Of a DNA stretch of 64,000 bases, positions 48,663-57,679 are shown in pieces. Every line of letters starts with the position of its first letter. The stretch's first letter is position 1. The translations under genes and the position numbers were made by a program. A model generated the notes under the pieces. That model was not told the DNA's origin. It saw nothing but the letters and a program-made list of their open reading frames with translations, and searched no databases. The stretch is from a virus: the IMG/VR virus record IMGVR_UViG_3300049218_000295, positions 1-64,000 of that record; one strand, given 5' to 3'.

Positions 48663-50533
48663 AGCCATTCCTCAGCAGTAAATTCAAAGTGGTCTTCGAG
48701 CACCACAGTCCGCTTTTGTGGATAAAGCTTCTGAAGGTGACTTTGTAAGGATTCGGTGCAAACTGTAATAACATCCGCGTACTGAACTCCTTTGTGCTCG
48801 TAGTATTCCCGAGGAAGCTCCTCACAAAGGTCCAGAATTTTCACTTTACCACGGTCGGTCCGACTCAGATAGGGACTAAAGTAGTAGTCCGTCTGGTCTG
48901 GGTCTTCTCCAACTTGAACCACATTGCCGACCACGACCCTGAAGCCTGCCTTAATGGCCGAAAGTTCTAGGTTTCGCTGACGAATACGGTAAGGGCCAAA
49001 AGTGGCATCACCTTCTGCGATTCGAATTTGGGGCTTGGTAGGGTAGGGCTTAACAAAATTGTTAACTTCCTGTCCGTTGTATTTTGCAGGTCCCAAGTAT
49101 TGAATTCCATGAACTATCAAGTCTTCGGCTTTGTTGCTGACTACCCAGACAAAACCACCTGGCTTTACAAAGTTTACCAGCGCTTTGGGATTACCACTAA
49201 CCACTATACCATCAAGGCTCTCAGGATCTAAATTGATGGTGGAGGCGTCATCGACTCTAGTGGAGTCATTGCGCAGCTTCGTGCCACATTCAAGGACTTT
49301 GAGACCACCTTTAGGCTCCACTTTGACTTTAGGGCGTAAACTCTCGAACCAACGGAGGGTGTCGGAGTCCGTAGGGAGTAAGTCTATGACCTTCTGACCC
49401 CATTCGACTGCTTTCTTGATGTCCCCCATTGCCTGATAGCACTCGGCAATCCGACGAGAGGGGTTCCAAGTGTAATATTCCAGACTCAAAACCCGTGGTG
49501 GCGGTGGTGGGGTATCAATGCAGCGTTGGTACCATTTAATTGCGACTTCGAAGTTGTGCAGGTCCTGTTCAACCTTACCCCAGAGCCAATAAGCCTCGGC
49601 CCGTTTGCGAGTAGAGTCAAGATGATAAATCTCCTCTGCCATTCGGACCGCCTCGCGGTGGCGTCCACGAACTTCGTAAGCCTTGCCTAGACGGAAACGA
49701 GCATTGACTTCATCATCATACCAGCGTCCGGGCAAAGTGAGATAGCGTTCGAGGACTTCGATGCCCCTGTCATCAACCATATCGAATAACTCTTTGCCAT
49801 AATAATAGCAAATGCGGGGGTCATTGGGATTCTTGTCGAATTCTTTGGCCAAAATCGTGACATTTCGTCGCGGGTCGATGACTTTACCACTTCGATTGTG
49901 GATCACCTTGAGGTCTTTGTAGTCTCGCTGGCGCATACAGGCGATGTCCACGGTCTCATGCACAGAGCCAATCCAGCGCGGCCCTGTAGAGCGCCTAATA
50001 AAGCGCTCTCGGCCTAACGTCGTTTGAGGGCTGCCATCGGAGAAGCGACTGTAGATGTAATCGAGAAGCCAAGCATCGACGTTGGGGTTATCGAGGAAAT
50101 TGTCCTTAAATTTACGGAGTTCAGCCGGATCAATTTGGTCGTCGCCGTCCAACCAAAAATAGAACGCAGTACCTGGTTTTGCTAATGAAAATGAAAAGTT
50201 CCTGGCTTCTGAAAAATTGTCGACCCACTTAAAATGGTCAATTCTAAGGTTGCTATACTCTTTTTGCAGGCCTTGAAGCACGCTTAAAGTGCCATCAGTG
50301 GACCCAGTGTCCACAACCACAACGTCCTCTATGATAGGACAGACCTGGTGCATGAGAGTTTTTATATTCGCAGCCTCATTTCTGACTATCATGCATAAAG
50401 AAACTGTGTTACCACCGTTTGCAGCATTACCTATAACCACGTTGTTGCTGCCAGAAACGCTTCTGCCGTTCCCAATAACCACATTGTTGTTTCCGGAGAC
50501 AGTCGAATCCCCAATAACCACATTGTTATTCAT
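48659..50533 (-). CDS. GT2 glycosyltransferase with TPR repeats
   Basis: SLCMIVRNE, VDTGSTDGT, FSEARN, WLDGDD, VHE, TPR helices; N-terminal NNVVIG repeats. Confidence 0.9.
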   Translation of the reverse strand: MNNNVVIGDSTVSGNNNVVIGNGRSVSGSNNVVIGNAANGGNTVSLCMIVRNEAANIKTLMHQVCPIIEDVVVVDTGSTDGTLSVLQGLQKEYSNLRIDHFKWVDNFSEARNFSFSLAKPGTAFYFWLDGDDQIDPAELRKFKDNFLDNPNVDAWLLDYIYSRFSDGSPQTTLGRERFIRRSTGPRWIGSVHETVDIACMRQRDYKDLKVIHNRSGKVIDPRRNVTILAKEFDKNPNDPRICYYYGKELFDMVDDRGIEVLERYLTLPGRWYDDEVNARFRLGKAYEVRGRHREAVRMAEEIYHLDSTRKRAEAYWLWGKVEQDLHNFEVAIKWYQRCIDTPPPPPRVLSLEYYTWNPSRRIAECYQAMGDIKKAVEWGQKVIDLLPTDSDTLRWFESLRPKVKVEPKGGLKVLECGTKLRNDSTRVDDASTINLDPESLDGIVVSGNPKALVNFVKPGGFVWVVSNKAEDLIVHGIQYLGPAKYNGQEVNNFVKPYPTKPQIRIAEGDATFGPYRIRQRNLELSAIKAGFRVVVGNVVQVGEDPDQTDYYFSPYLSRTDRGKVKILDLCEELPREYYEHKGVQYADVITVCTESLQSHLQKLYPQKRTVVLEDHFEFTAEEWL

Positions 50534-51308
50534 GCGCCCACTCCCGTCCCAATAGTTTGATGCATAGAACTACGCCCTCTGGTGTGGCTTTGTTGGACTT
50601 CGTAGCATTTGCTTCTTTGGTGATTAGGCGGAGATTGCGGTAGGTTTGGAGTTTGAGAACTTCTTCTGCATTTTGGGCTTGGGAAACTGGTACAATGTGG
50701 TCAATGGAAAGGATTTGAGGGTTGTAACTGATAGTGCCGTTATTGGTAAGGTGGTTCCAAAGAGTGGGATAGTCACATCCAATAATGTCGACCAGACTGG
50801 ATTCCTTAGGGATGCGCCCCTTTTCGAAAACAAGTCGCACTCTTCTCTTAATGTTTTTCTTGAAGCGCAGAAAGGGGTCTTGCTGAACAAGCGACCTGCG
50901 GTATTTGACATGGCAATCCTTGCAATAAACCGCCAGACCGTCCGGTCTGGCGCTATTCTTGTGAAAGTAGAAAGAGTTCCTGTCGCGGTTGCATTTGGTA
51001 CACAGCTTGGTTCCCGGTTCTGTCTGGCCAGCTCTCGACCTAGACTGTTCTAGGGCACAGGTCCTGCAGGTACCTGTTCGTACCTCTGCGACTGGCTTTT
51101 TGGACCGGCACACTGCGCACCAATCGAACCCGGCGGCCCTGAGTGATGCGCGTTCCATTGGAGTAAGTCTTTGTCTCGCGGGCTTGAAAGAAGACAATGA
51201 GACGTATTCTGCCAAGTACAACCACTGACCGCATTCTTTGCAGTTCTTGGAGATTTTGGTAGAAGCGACAGTCTTCTCGCAGTTGTTGCAGTAGGCTATT
51301 CTGCTCAT
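50526..51308 (-). CDS. HNH endonuclease
   Basis: Multiple CxxC, SIDHIVPVS...NLRLI...NATKSNK; C-terminus similar to 38650..39174. Confidence 0.8.
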   Translation of the reverse strand: MSRIAYCNNCEKTVASTKISKNCKECGQWLYLAEYVSLSSFKPARQRLTPMERASLRAAGFDWCAVCRSKKPVAEVRTGTCRTCALEQSRSRAGQTEPGTKLCTKCNRDRNSFYFHKNSARPDGLAVYCKDCHVKYRRSLVQQDPFLRFKKNIKRRVRLVFEKGRIPKESSLVDIIGCDYPTLWNHLTNNGTISYNPQILSIDHIVPVSQAQNAEEVLKLQTYRNLRLITKEANATKSNKATPEGVVLCIKLLGREWAHE

Positions 51309-51396
51309 CTACATTAAGATAAATACGGAGAGATACAAAACTCCAAATTAAACAATAAGCGTCAGTGGCACTTGACAGACGTGCTACACCATTCCA

Positions 51397-51428
51397 CTCA
51401 CGGGCGGTGTCGCTGGCACCCCCGTGAG
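51397..51428. terminator. strong hairpin after the dnaQ-like gene (possible terminator or mRNA 3' stabiliser)
   Basis: CTCACGGG/CCCGTGAG enclosing GGTGTC/GGCACC; no immediate U-tract. Confidence 0.45.
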
Positions 51429-51429
51429 G

Positions 51430-52155
51430 TCAAACTGTGGGTGGCGCGACGACCTCGGTCACCGTAAATGGGCACTTGCTCCGTTCGTGCTCGAGCAAAC
51501 AGGCCCGGATATTCTTGAACCAAGAACGGGTGTTGTTGTCGTAATAGTAGCCGCGAGTCTTAGCCTCATCCTTGGTGTTGAAGTCTACTCCGGCGTGGAC
51601 TTTAATCATCGGATGACGAGCAAGTTCGATTGCAGCTTTAATATCGTAATGCGAGGCAATGTAGATGGTAGCCATCGAATCAAAAAGACCACGGTGGGCA
51701 AAGTCCAAGGTGTACCGGTGGTCTGCCGCCAAATACTTTAAAGCTCGCATTTTCATCTGCTCGGGATAGGCAAAATCCACCTGGGTGTCCACCCAGGGAA
51801 TTTGAGGCAATTCTCCGACAAGCGCCGTGTACTTTTGCTCAATCATAGCCTTATCGAGCGCAATTCCACCGTGGACGATGACAGCTACCGAGTGCCGAAG
51901 AAGCAGGCCGAGCCGCCCCAAGGCTTGGCCAAGGGGCACTCCAAAGGTTTCAAGCATCTTATCGTCGATACCTGTAAGTTCCGTGATTTCGGGTTTGAGC
52001 GGTGGACAGTTGGGGTCCTGATCATAAATAAGTTCACTTAGGAATGTCACCGGCTTGCGCGTCTCGACATTCCAAAGCACCGCTCCGACTTCGGTAATGC
52101 GGTCCGTGTTCGGGTCAAGGCCCGAAGTTTCTAGGTCCAGCGCTGTAACAAACAT
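51430..52155 (-). CDS. DEDDh 3'-5' exonuclease (DNA Pol III epsilon-like)
   Basis: LDLETSG, ITEVGAV, LTGI, WVDT, AHRGLFD. Confidence 0.88.
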   Translation of the reverse strand: MFVTALDLETSGLDPNTDRITEVGAVLWNVETRKPVTFLSELIYDQDPNCPPLKPEITELTGIDDKMLETFGVPLGQALGRLGLLLRHSVAVIVHGGIALDKAMIEQKYTALVGELPQIPWVDTQVDFAYPEQMKMRALKYLAADHRYTLDFAHRGLFDSMATIYIASHYDIKAAIELARHPMIKVHAGVDFNTKDEAKTRGYYYDNNTRSWFKNIRACLLEHERSKCPFTVTEVVAPPTV

Positions 52156-52385
52156 TAGATGGTGAAACCTTTGAAGCCGGTTTCATCATAATGAAAGTAT
52201 TCGGCCTCGTCAAATTCGTTCGGAGTAAGCGAGATGTTGGGTTGCGGCGGATAAAGCACCTGCAAAATGATATGCTTACCCTTCTCAACCACGGTATAGA
52301 GAGCCTCTTTATCACTCTTACAAATCAGAGTGTCGTCTTGGCTGATATTTTGAGCGGTTGCGGGCTTAGTGAAAGTTGCGGGCAT
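52155..52385 (-). CDS. hypothetical protein
   Basis: 76 aa, AGGAG RBS, TAATG-coupled to the next gene. Confidence 0.65.
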   Translation of the reverse strand: MPATFTKPATAQNISQDDTLICKSDKEALYTVVEKGKHIILQVLYPPQPNISLTPNEFDEAEYFHYDETGFKGFTI

Positions 52386-52397
52386 AATGCTTCTCCT

Positions 52398-53528
52398 TTA
52401 TTCGAGCCAAATATAATCTTCGTGGTCCGGGCCAGAGCCAATCATCGCAACGGGCAGTTCGGTAACTTCTTGCATCTTGTCCACATATTGACGCACACTC
52501 TTGTGCAAGTTGCGGTATTCTTTAATGCCACCACGAACCTTATAGGAAGACCAATCAATGTACTGTGGAAAGTTAAGAACGAGCTTGGTGGCCCCGCAGA
52601 AATCCGCAGAATCTTTAAGTAATTTCCAGGATGGGGTAAAGACTCGGCGAATCTTTTTGGTCACAGTGGTGCGCTCGCGCTCGGCCAGAATTGCAATTTC
52701 ACTCTCTGGCATACCAGCCTCACGTCCAACTTGCTCCCAGGTCAGCTCTTTTTGGTCGTCAAGAACATCACCCGAGTAACCAATTTGTTTGCCGTCGGCG
52801 TCAAAATTGGAACCCACCCGGATTGGGAAACTACGGACATTGAGATAGACGTCTCCTACCATTTCAGGTAGGATGCCGAAGTCAGCATACGCCTGTTGAG
52901 GCGTGCAATCGCGGAAAGTGCAATGCGGATAGTGTGTTCCGTAGTTGACAGAGAGAGCAAAACCTTGGGAAACTTCGTGCAGAAAAGTATGCATACTTGC
53001 AAACTCGGCGCGGACCGCTCGCATGAACGCCATTGGCTTGATAGCCCGTTCTGGGTTAACTCTGCCCCAGGTTTTGAGTTCTTGTCCACGCATAGCTTTA
53101 TCCGTAAAGGCGGCCCCACTGCCCGACATCGTGGAAGAAATATGTAGAGTAGATTGCGAACCGGTTGGTGACTCGGCCTCGATGTGGCGGTCCTCGACTA
53201 CAATGGCGCGTTCATGAATTTCGAGATCTTCAACTCTATAGCCTGTTTCTTCCAGCTCCTTATGAAGCTGCTTCATCTGGAAACCAGAATTTGGACCTAC
53301 CCAAAGTGTTGGGCGTTTGCCCACCAGTTTGGGTAAGATGGCTCCCGTTGGGAGCGCTTTGGCTACAAATTTCACTTCGCCCTTGAGAGCGGTGTGTCCG
53401 GCGTTCGGGAAATTGCCCGATGAGAGATTAGGGATATCAAAAATGTCTGCCAGACGACAGGACACGGCTCCCTTGGCCGAGCTTCCCCAGGCTGAATCAA
53501 CAATAGTGTTAAACTTTCCTTTTTGCAT
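52398..53528 (-). CDS. purZ: PurZ-type adenylosuccinate synthetase paralogue (N6-succino-2-amino-dAMP synthase)
   Basis: WGSSAKG (Ser replacing the PurA Asp), NFPNAGHT, YPHCTFRDCTP, PIRVG, DQKELTWEQ, TTVTKKIRRVF, LNFPQY replacing TKLD. Confidence 0.85.
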   Translation of the reverse strand: MQKGKFNTIVDSAWGSSAKGAVSCRLADIFDIPNLSSGNFPNAGHTALKGEVKFVAKALPTGAILPKLVGKRPTLWVGPNSGFQMKQLHKELEETGYRVEDLEIHERAIVVEDRHIEAESPTGSQSTLHISSTMSGSGAAFTDKAMRGQELKTWGRVNPERAIKPMAFMRAVRAEFASMHTFLHEVSQGFALSVNYGTHYPHCTFRDCTPQQAYADFGILPEMVGDVYLNVRSFPIRVGSNFDADGKQIGYSGDVLDDQKELTWEQVGREAGMPESEIAILAERERTTVTKKIRRVFTPSWKLLKDSADFCGATKLVLNFPQYIDWSSYKVRGGIKEYRNLHKSVRQYVDKMQEVTELPVAMIGSGPDHEDYIWLE

Positions 53529-53982
53529 TTTGGCTCCTAGGTCCTTTTTTAGGGTGTTGTGACTTTGCGCGAATAAGTTCTTCTTCCAAGGCGCGAAAAG
53601 AGTAGGATTCGAAACTGCGTGATATTGGAAGCTTTTTCTCTCCTACAGTACCGCCCGCTAGAGACGCATCCCAAGCTCGACGTAAGTCGCCAAGCGTGAA
53701 AAGCGTCGGCTCATGGTCTGGCGAATTTTCTGCCGGGGTTCTACCATGATTAAATGCGTCCATCATCTGCTCTTTTAGTTTCCTGGAATACCTCTTGTGG
53801 AGTTCTGGAAATCTTTTGCGGACACGCATAATAAGTTCATGCACCCGCTCTTCGGTGGAAGTCGCGGGCGGAACAAACCCATCAGTAAGACTGTCCATTT
53901 CGTCAAGGAGCATCCACATCCAGCGGATTAGAATATGCTCGCGGTCGGTCTTGGCGGCAAATTCACTTTTCCGTAACTTCAA
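53509..53982 (-). CDS. hypothetical protein
   Basis: 157 aa ORF overlapping the purZ start. Confidence 0.55.
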   Translation of the reverse strand: MKLRKSEFAAKTDREHILIRWMWMLLDEMDSLTDGFVPPATSTEERVHELIMRVRKRFPELHKRYSRKLKEQMMDAFNHGRTPAENSPDHEPTLFTLGDLRRAWDASLAGGTVGEKKLPISRSFESYSFRALEEELIRAKSQHPKKGPRSQNAKRKV

Positions 53983-54427
53983 TCTTCACCCCCGTGGGCA
54001 CGATTCCTGTCTTTTGGATTTTCAGAGTCAAAACGCCGCGCCGAAGTGTTGCCAGACACATTTTGGCATCAATCTGTTGTGGTAGCTCGTAGTCGTGCTT
54101 TTCCTTGGTTGCAGCCTTAGATACTGCGATCCGAACTTTATTTGCAAACACACGGACTTCGAGGTCTGTTGGAGCAATCCCAGGAACTGGGATTTCCAGC
54201 ACATAATGCTCAGTCTCAGTTTTCAGCGTCCCGGTCCAATTCTTGCTGGACTTGTCTCCGGTATTCCAATTGATAGTGGAAGTTGACGACTTAAAAATTG
54301 GGTCGAACCCCTCAAAAATTTGCGCCGCGCCTTCAGCCAATTCTTCGGTGCCTTTGGCCAAATCTTCTCCCATTTTGCGGAAATCCTCGCCCATTTTGCG
54401 GAAATCCTTAAACATGTCCTTCATCAA
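53963..54427 (-). CDS. small heat-shock protein (Hsp20/alpha-crystallin)
   Basis: YVLEIPVPGI...LEVRV...YELPQQID...ATLRRGVLTLKI. Confidence 0.85.
   Translation of the reverse strand: MMKDMFKDFRKMGEDFRKMGEDLAKGTEELAEGAAQIFEGFDPIFKSSTSTINWNTGDKSSKNWTGTLKTETEHYVLEIPVPGIAPTDLEVRVFANKVRIAVSKAATKEKHDYELPQQIDAKMCLATLRRGVLTLKIQKTGIVPTGVKIEVTEK
54369..54408. repeat. 21-nt-period tandem duplication (DFRKMGE x2) in the hsp20 N-terminus
   Basis: cccattttgcggaaatcct at 54369 and 54390. Confidence 0.8.
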
Positions 54428-54773
54428 GTGGTCCCTTCATACTTAGTGCATAAAGCACTGTCTTACAAACTTTTCTATTGCCTTCGTCAATCCATTGGGT
54501 ATCACCATGCTGCTGGACCGCCGAAGTGCCGACCGAATAAATCGCGAACTGTTCTCTGCCAATCAGGATATCCTTATTCTTGGGTTCATTGGGACCCAGA
54601 GCAGCTAAGGATTCACGTAGTTCTGCTTCTTTGCTGGTAAATTCGACTTCGGTTCCCACCGAACGAATCCACCGACTGAACCACTTTTGAGCCTCTTCAG
54701 GCTCTGCAATTTCGCACAATTCTTTAATGCACTGTTGCAGGATTTGTTCGGGCGTTTTCCGTTCACTAGACAT
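54408..54773 (-). CDS. hypothetical protein
   Basis: 121 aa ORF. Confidence 0.6.
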   Translation of the reverse strand: MSSERKTPEQILQQCIKELCEIAEPEEAQKWFSRWIRSVGTEVEFTSKEAELRESLAALGPNEPKNKDILIGREQFAIYSVGTSAVQQHGDTQWIDEGNRKVCKTVLYALSMKGPLDEGHV

Positions 54774-54795
54774 CCCAGTTTTTATAATAATTGGG

Positions 54796-56490
54796 TCATC
54801 CGTGGCAGGCAGCGCATTCTTCCTTTGAACGGGAAGCCAAGTCGCCCTTCAAAACCCCTTCAGTACGGAGATAGTAGAGCGTTTTCAAACCGGCCTCCCA
54901 GGCTGCAATATGAACCTCGTGAATGTACTTGGCGCTAGAATTGCTAGCGAAAAAGAGGTTCAAGCTCTGAGCTTGGTCGATGTGTTTCTGACGCTGAGCC
55001 GCTTGCTTTACCAAGGCATGCTGATTGATTTCGCGAGCGGTCAGAAATACCTCGCGTTCCTGGTCCGTAAGAAAAGCCAAATGCTGCACTGAACCCGATT
55101 GCGCATTAATGGTTTTCCAGACTTCGGTCGTGTTCTTGCCGTAGGCTTCAAGAACTTCAAGTAGTTTGGGGTTCTTACGGATGAAAGTACCTTTGGCCGA
55201 CTTCTGAGAGAAAACGTTGGCCGGGAGCGGCTCAATTCCTGCACTGTGACCACCGGAAATGGTGGAATTGGATACAGTCGGAGCCACAGCAAGCAAGTGT
55301 GTATTGCGACGACCAAAGCCCTTACACCACTCGGGTTCGCCCATCTCTTTTGCCAATTCTGCTGTTGCCTTTTCAGCTTTGTCGCGCATCGTTTTGAAAA
55401 CAAGATTGTTGAGCATCATGGCATCAAAGGAGTCAAAAGGCATCATATTGTTTTGGAGAAGAGTGTGCCAGCCGAGAACACCAATTCCAATGGCCCGACC
55501 CTTGACCGCAGAGCGCAGGCTGTTTTCAAGGCCCGGTTTGCCTTTAGCTTTCAAGATGTACTCGTCAAGAACAGCATCGAGAAAACGAACTGCGGTCTCG
55601 ACCAAGTCTGTATCTCTCCATTCGTTCCAACGAACAAGGTTGAGCGAGGAAAGACAACAAACGAATGAATGCTGGCCGTCCGTATAAAGAGTGATTTCGG
55701 TGCAAATATTGCTGGTGCGGACGCGGAGGTCGTGTTTGGCATAGCAGTCAGGGTTGGCTCGGTTCACATTGTCCGAGAAAAAGAGATAGGGCTCCCCAGT
55801 AGTCACCCTAGCGTCAAGAACATCTAACCAAATTTTCCTTTTGCTAGAATCTCCATCCAACATCTCCTTCATCCATTTATCGCTAATGCACACTCCGTGG
55901 TTGGTATTCAAACAGCGCCGATTCATGTCGCCCGTCGGGCGGCGAATGTTAATGAATTCGTCAATATCTAGATGGTCAATATCTAAATAGAGTGCCGAGG
56001 CCGCGCCTCGAGTTTTTCCTTGTTTCACCGAGTGGGTAGTGGAATCGTAAACTTTTGCCCAGGGAATCACGCCTTCGGACTCGCCATTACCCGCAACTTG
56101 CTTACCGCGACCACGAATATCACCTAGATAGACACCAACGCCCGCGCCATTCTTAGAAAGCATAGCGAGTTCGTGATTCTTCTGAAAGATGCTGTCAATA
56201 CTATCCTCAACGTGAATCGAATTGCAGGAAATGGGCAAGCCGCGAGAGGTTCCCATGTTGGAAAGGATGGGCGAGGCCGGACACAGCCAATTTTTCCACA
56301 TGGCATCGAAGTACTTCTTTTCCCAAACTTTCGGTTCTTTGGAATAACTCGCAGCAGCTTTAGCCACGCGTTTGTACATGCCACGGGGAGTCTCGCCATC
56401 AAGTAGGTAGCCACCCTGTAAGGTCGCTAGTCCTGGTTCGTCAAGCCACACGGGGGCCTCATTGGCCTGCTTCAATTCATCAAGTATCAT
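54796..56490 (-). CDS. nrdA: class I ribonucleotide reductase alpha subunit, no ATP cone
   Basis: ISC, SNICTEI, CCLSSLN, APTVSNS, KTLYYLR, C-terminal CAAC. Confidence 0.95.
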   Translation of the reverse strand: MILDELKQANEAPVWLDEPGLATLQGGYLLDGETPRGMYKRVAKAAASYSKEPKVWEKKYFDAMWKNWLCPASPILSNMGTSRGLPISCNSIHVEDSIDSIFQKNHELAMLSKNGAGVGVYLGDIRGRGKQVAGNGESEGVIPWAKVYDSTTHSVKQGKTRGAASALYLDIDHLDIDEFINIRRPTGDMNRRCLNTNHGVCISDKWMKEMLDGDSSKRKIWLDVLDARVTTGEPYLFFSDNVNRANPDCYAKHDLRVRTSNICTEITLYTDGQHSFVCCLSSLNLVRWNEWRDTDLVETAVRFLDAVLDEYILKAKGKPGLENSLRSAVKGRAIGIGVLGWHTLLQNNMMPFDSFDAMMLNNLVFKTMRDKAEKATAELAKEMGEPEWCKGFGRRNTHLLAVAPTVSNSTISGGHSAGIEPLPANVFSQKSAKGTFIRKNPKLLEVLEAYGKNTTEVWKTINAQSGSVQHLAFLTDQEREVFLTAREINQHALVKQAAQRQKHIDQAQSLNLFFASNSSAKYIHEVHIAAWEAGLKTLYYLRTEGVLKGDLASRSKEECAACHG

Positions 56491-56505
56491 GCTGAGATTT
56501 GCTCC

Positions 56506-57468
56506 CTACGCATTAAAAACCTCCAGCCAATTTTTGGTTCCTTTGGCATAATCACTGACGCGGCTCGCGAAAAAATCACTGTGCGAGACGCCGCCCGAGA
56601 GCACATCAAACCAGTCCATGTTAAGGAGTAACGCCTTATCAATATTGGTCCACTTCGATTTCAGACCCAGGTCGTGCAGCTTCGTGTTGCAGCGGAAGCG
56701 GATGAAAGCCTTGAGGTCCTTAACCGACAGTCCTTCCACCGGGCCGAGTTCGAATGCTTTGTCGATGAAAGCGTCTTCGAGGGCGATAGTGAGCTTGGCA
56801 GCGTCGTAAATTTCACCTTTTAGCTCGTCGGTCCACACTTCTGGATATTCCGCGATAAACTGCTTAAATAACCGACAACCTGCTTCCGAGTGGAGCGATT
56901 CGTCCTTGATACTGAACGCGATGATTTGCCCCAGGCTCTTCATTTTGTTAAAGCGCGAAAAGTTGAGTAAGACTGCAAAGGAAGAGAAGAGGTTCACGCC
57001 TTCATTGAAGGCGGAGAAGATGGCGATAGAGCGAGCGATTTCTTGTTTCGTTTTGCCTTTGGTTTCGATTAGCCTATCGATTTTGGCTTTGGCCGTCGGC
57101 TCGTGAAGGAACGCCGAAAAGTCCTCGAGACCGAGCGATTGATTGAGGTAGGCATAAGAAACTGCGTGTACGGACTCCATAGAGCCAAATGCCGCCGCCA
57201 TCATCTGAATTTCAGGCTTTTTGAACCATTTGGCCACCATCTGGGTCCAGTACTCTTGGATGAAGATTTCAGACTGCGTGAAACCCTTCAGGATGTTGCC
57301 AATAACGGAACGCTCAGCATCGGTGAGCTTGGTCTTCCAATCATTGATGTCATCCGACATCGCGATTTCAGTATGAAGCCAGTGCGACTGCTGCTGCTGC
57401 TCCCAGTAAGTGTAGGCCCAATCGTACTCAAAAGGGCTATAGGTAGCTCTAGGAGTTAATAACGGCAT
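56506..57468 (-). CDS. nrdB: class I ribonucleotide reductase beta subunit
   Basis: PFEY, ESVHAVSY, EGVNLFSSF, DESLH, DFF...Y. Confidence 0.95.
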   Translation of the reverse strand: MPLLTPRATYSPFEYDWAYTYWEQQQQSHWLHTEIAMSDDINDWKTKLTDAERSVIGNILKGFTQSEIFIQEYWTQMVAKWFKKPEIQMMAAAFGSMESVHAVSYAYLNQSLGLEDFSAFLHEPTAKAKIDRLIETKGKTKQEIARSIAIFSAFNEGVNLFSSFAVLLNFSRFNKMKSLGQIIAFSIKDESLHSEAGCRLFKQFIAEYPEVWTDELKGEIYDAAKLTIALEDAFIDKAFELGPVEGLSVKDLKAFIRFRCNTKLHDLGLKSKWTNIDKALLLNMDWFDVLSGGVSHSDFFASRVSDYAKGTKNWLEVFNA

Positions 57469-57679
57469 TCGGGTCTCTCAGCTTTCCTTGAAATATGTTC
57501 ACCATGCGCAGCAAGTCCCCCGTAACCGAGTTACGGTGAACATTTTTAAGGTTCATCGCGGTCGCTCGACGAAAATTCCTCAAACAATTTAAGCAGTACC
57601 CCTTTACGTGCGAAGTCATGATACAGCATCGTACATTTTGCTATACTTTAGAAAAATGTGGCAGAATGTAAAATATGAT

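Noticed and set aside
51372-51400. TTGACA as a further sigma-70 promoter
   Set aside because: No credible -10 hexamer at 16-18 bp and no plus-strand gene downstream.
52398-53528. Plain purA annotation (AMP synthesis with purB)
   Set aside because: It lacks the PurA catalytic Asp and the TKLD GTP motif; PurZ-type residues are present at the diagnostic positions inspected.
53509-53982. ORF next to purZ as MazZ or DatZ
   Set aside because: No MazG ExxE/ExxD pattern or HD motif recognisable by eye; left as hypothetical pending HHpred.
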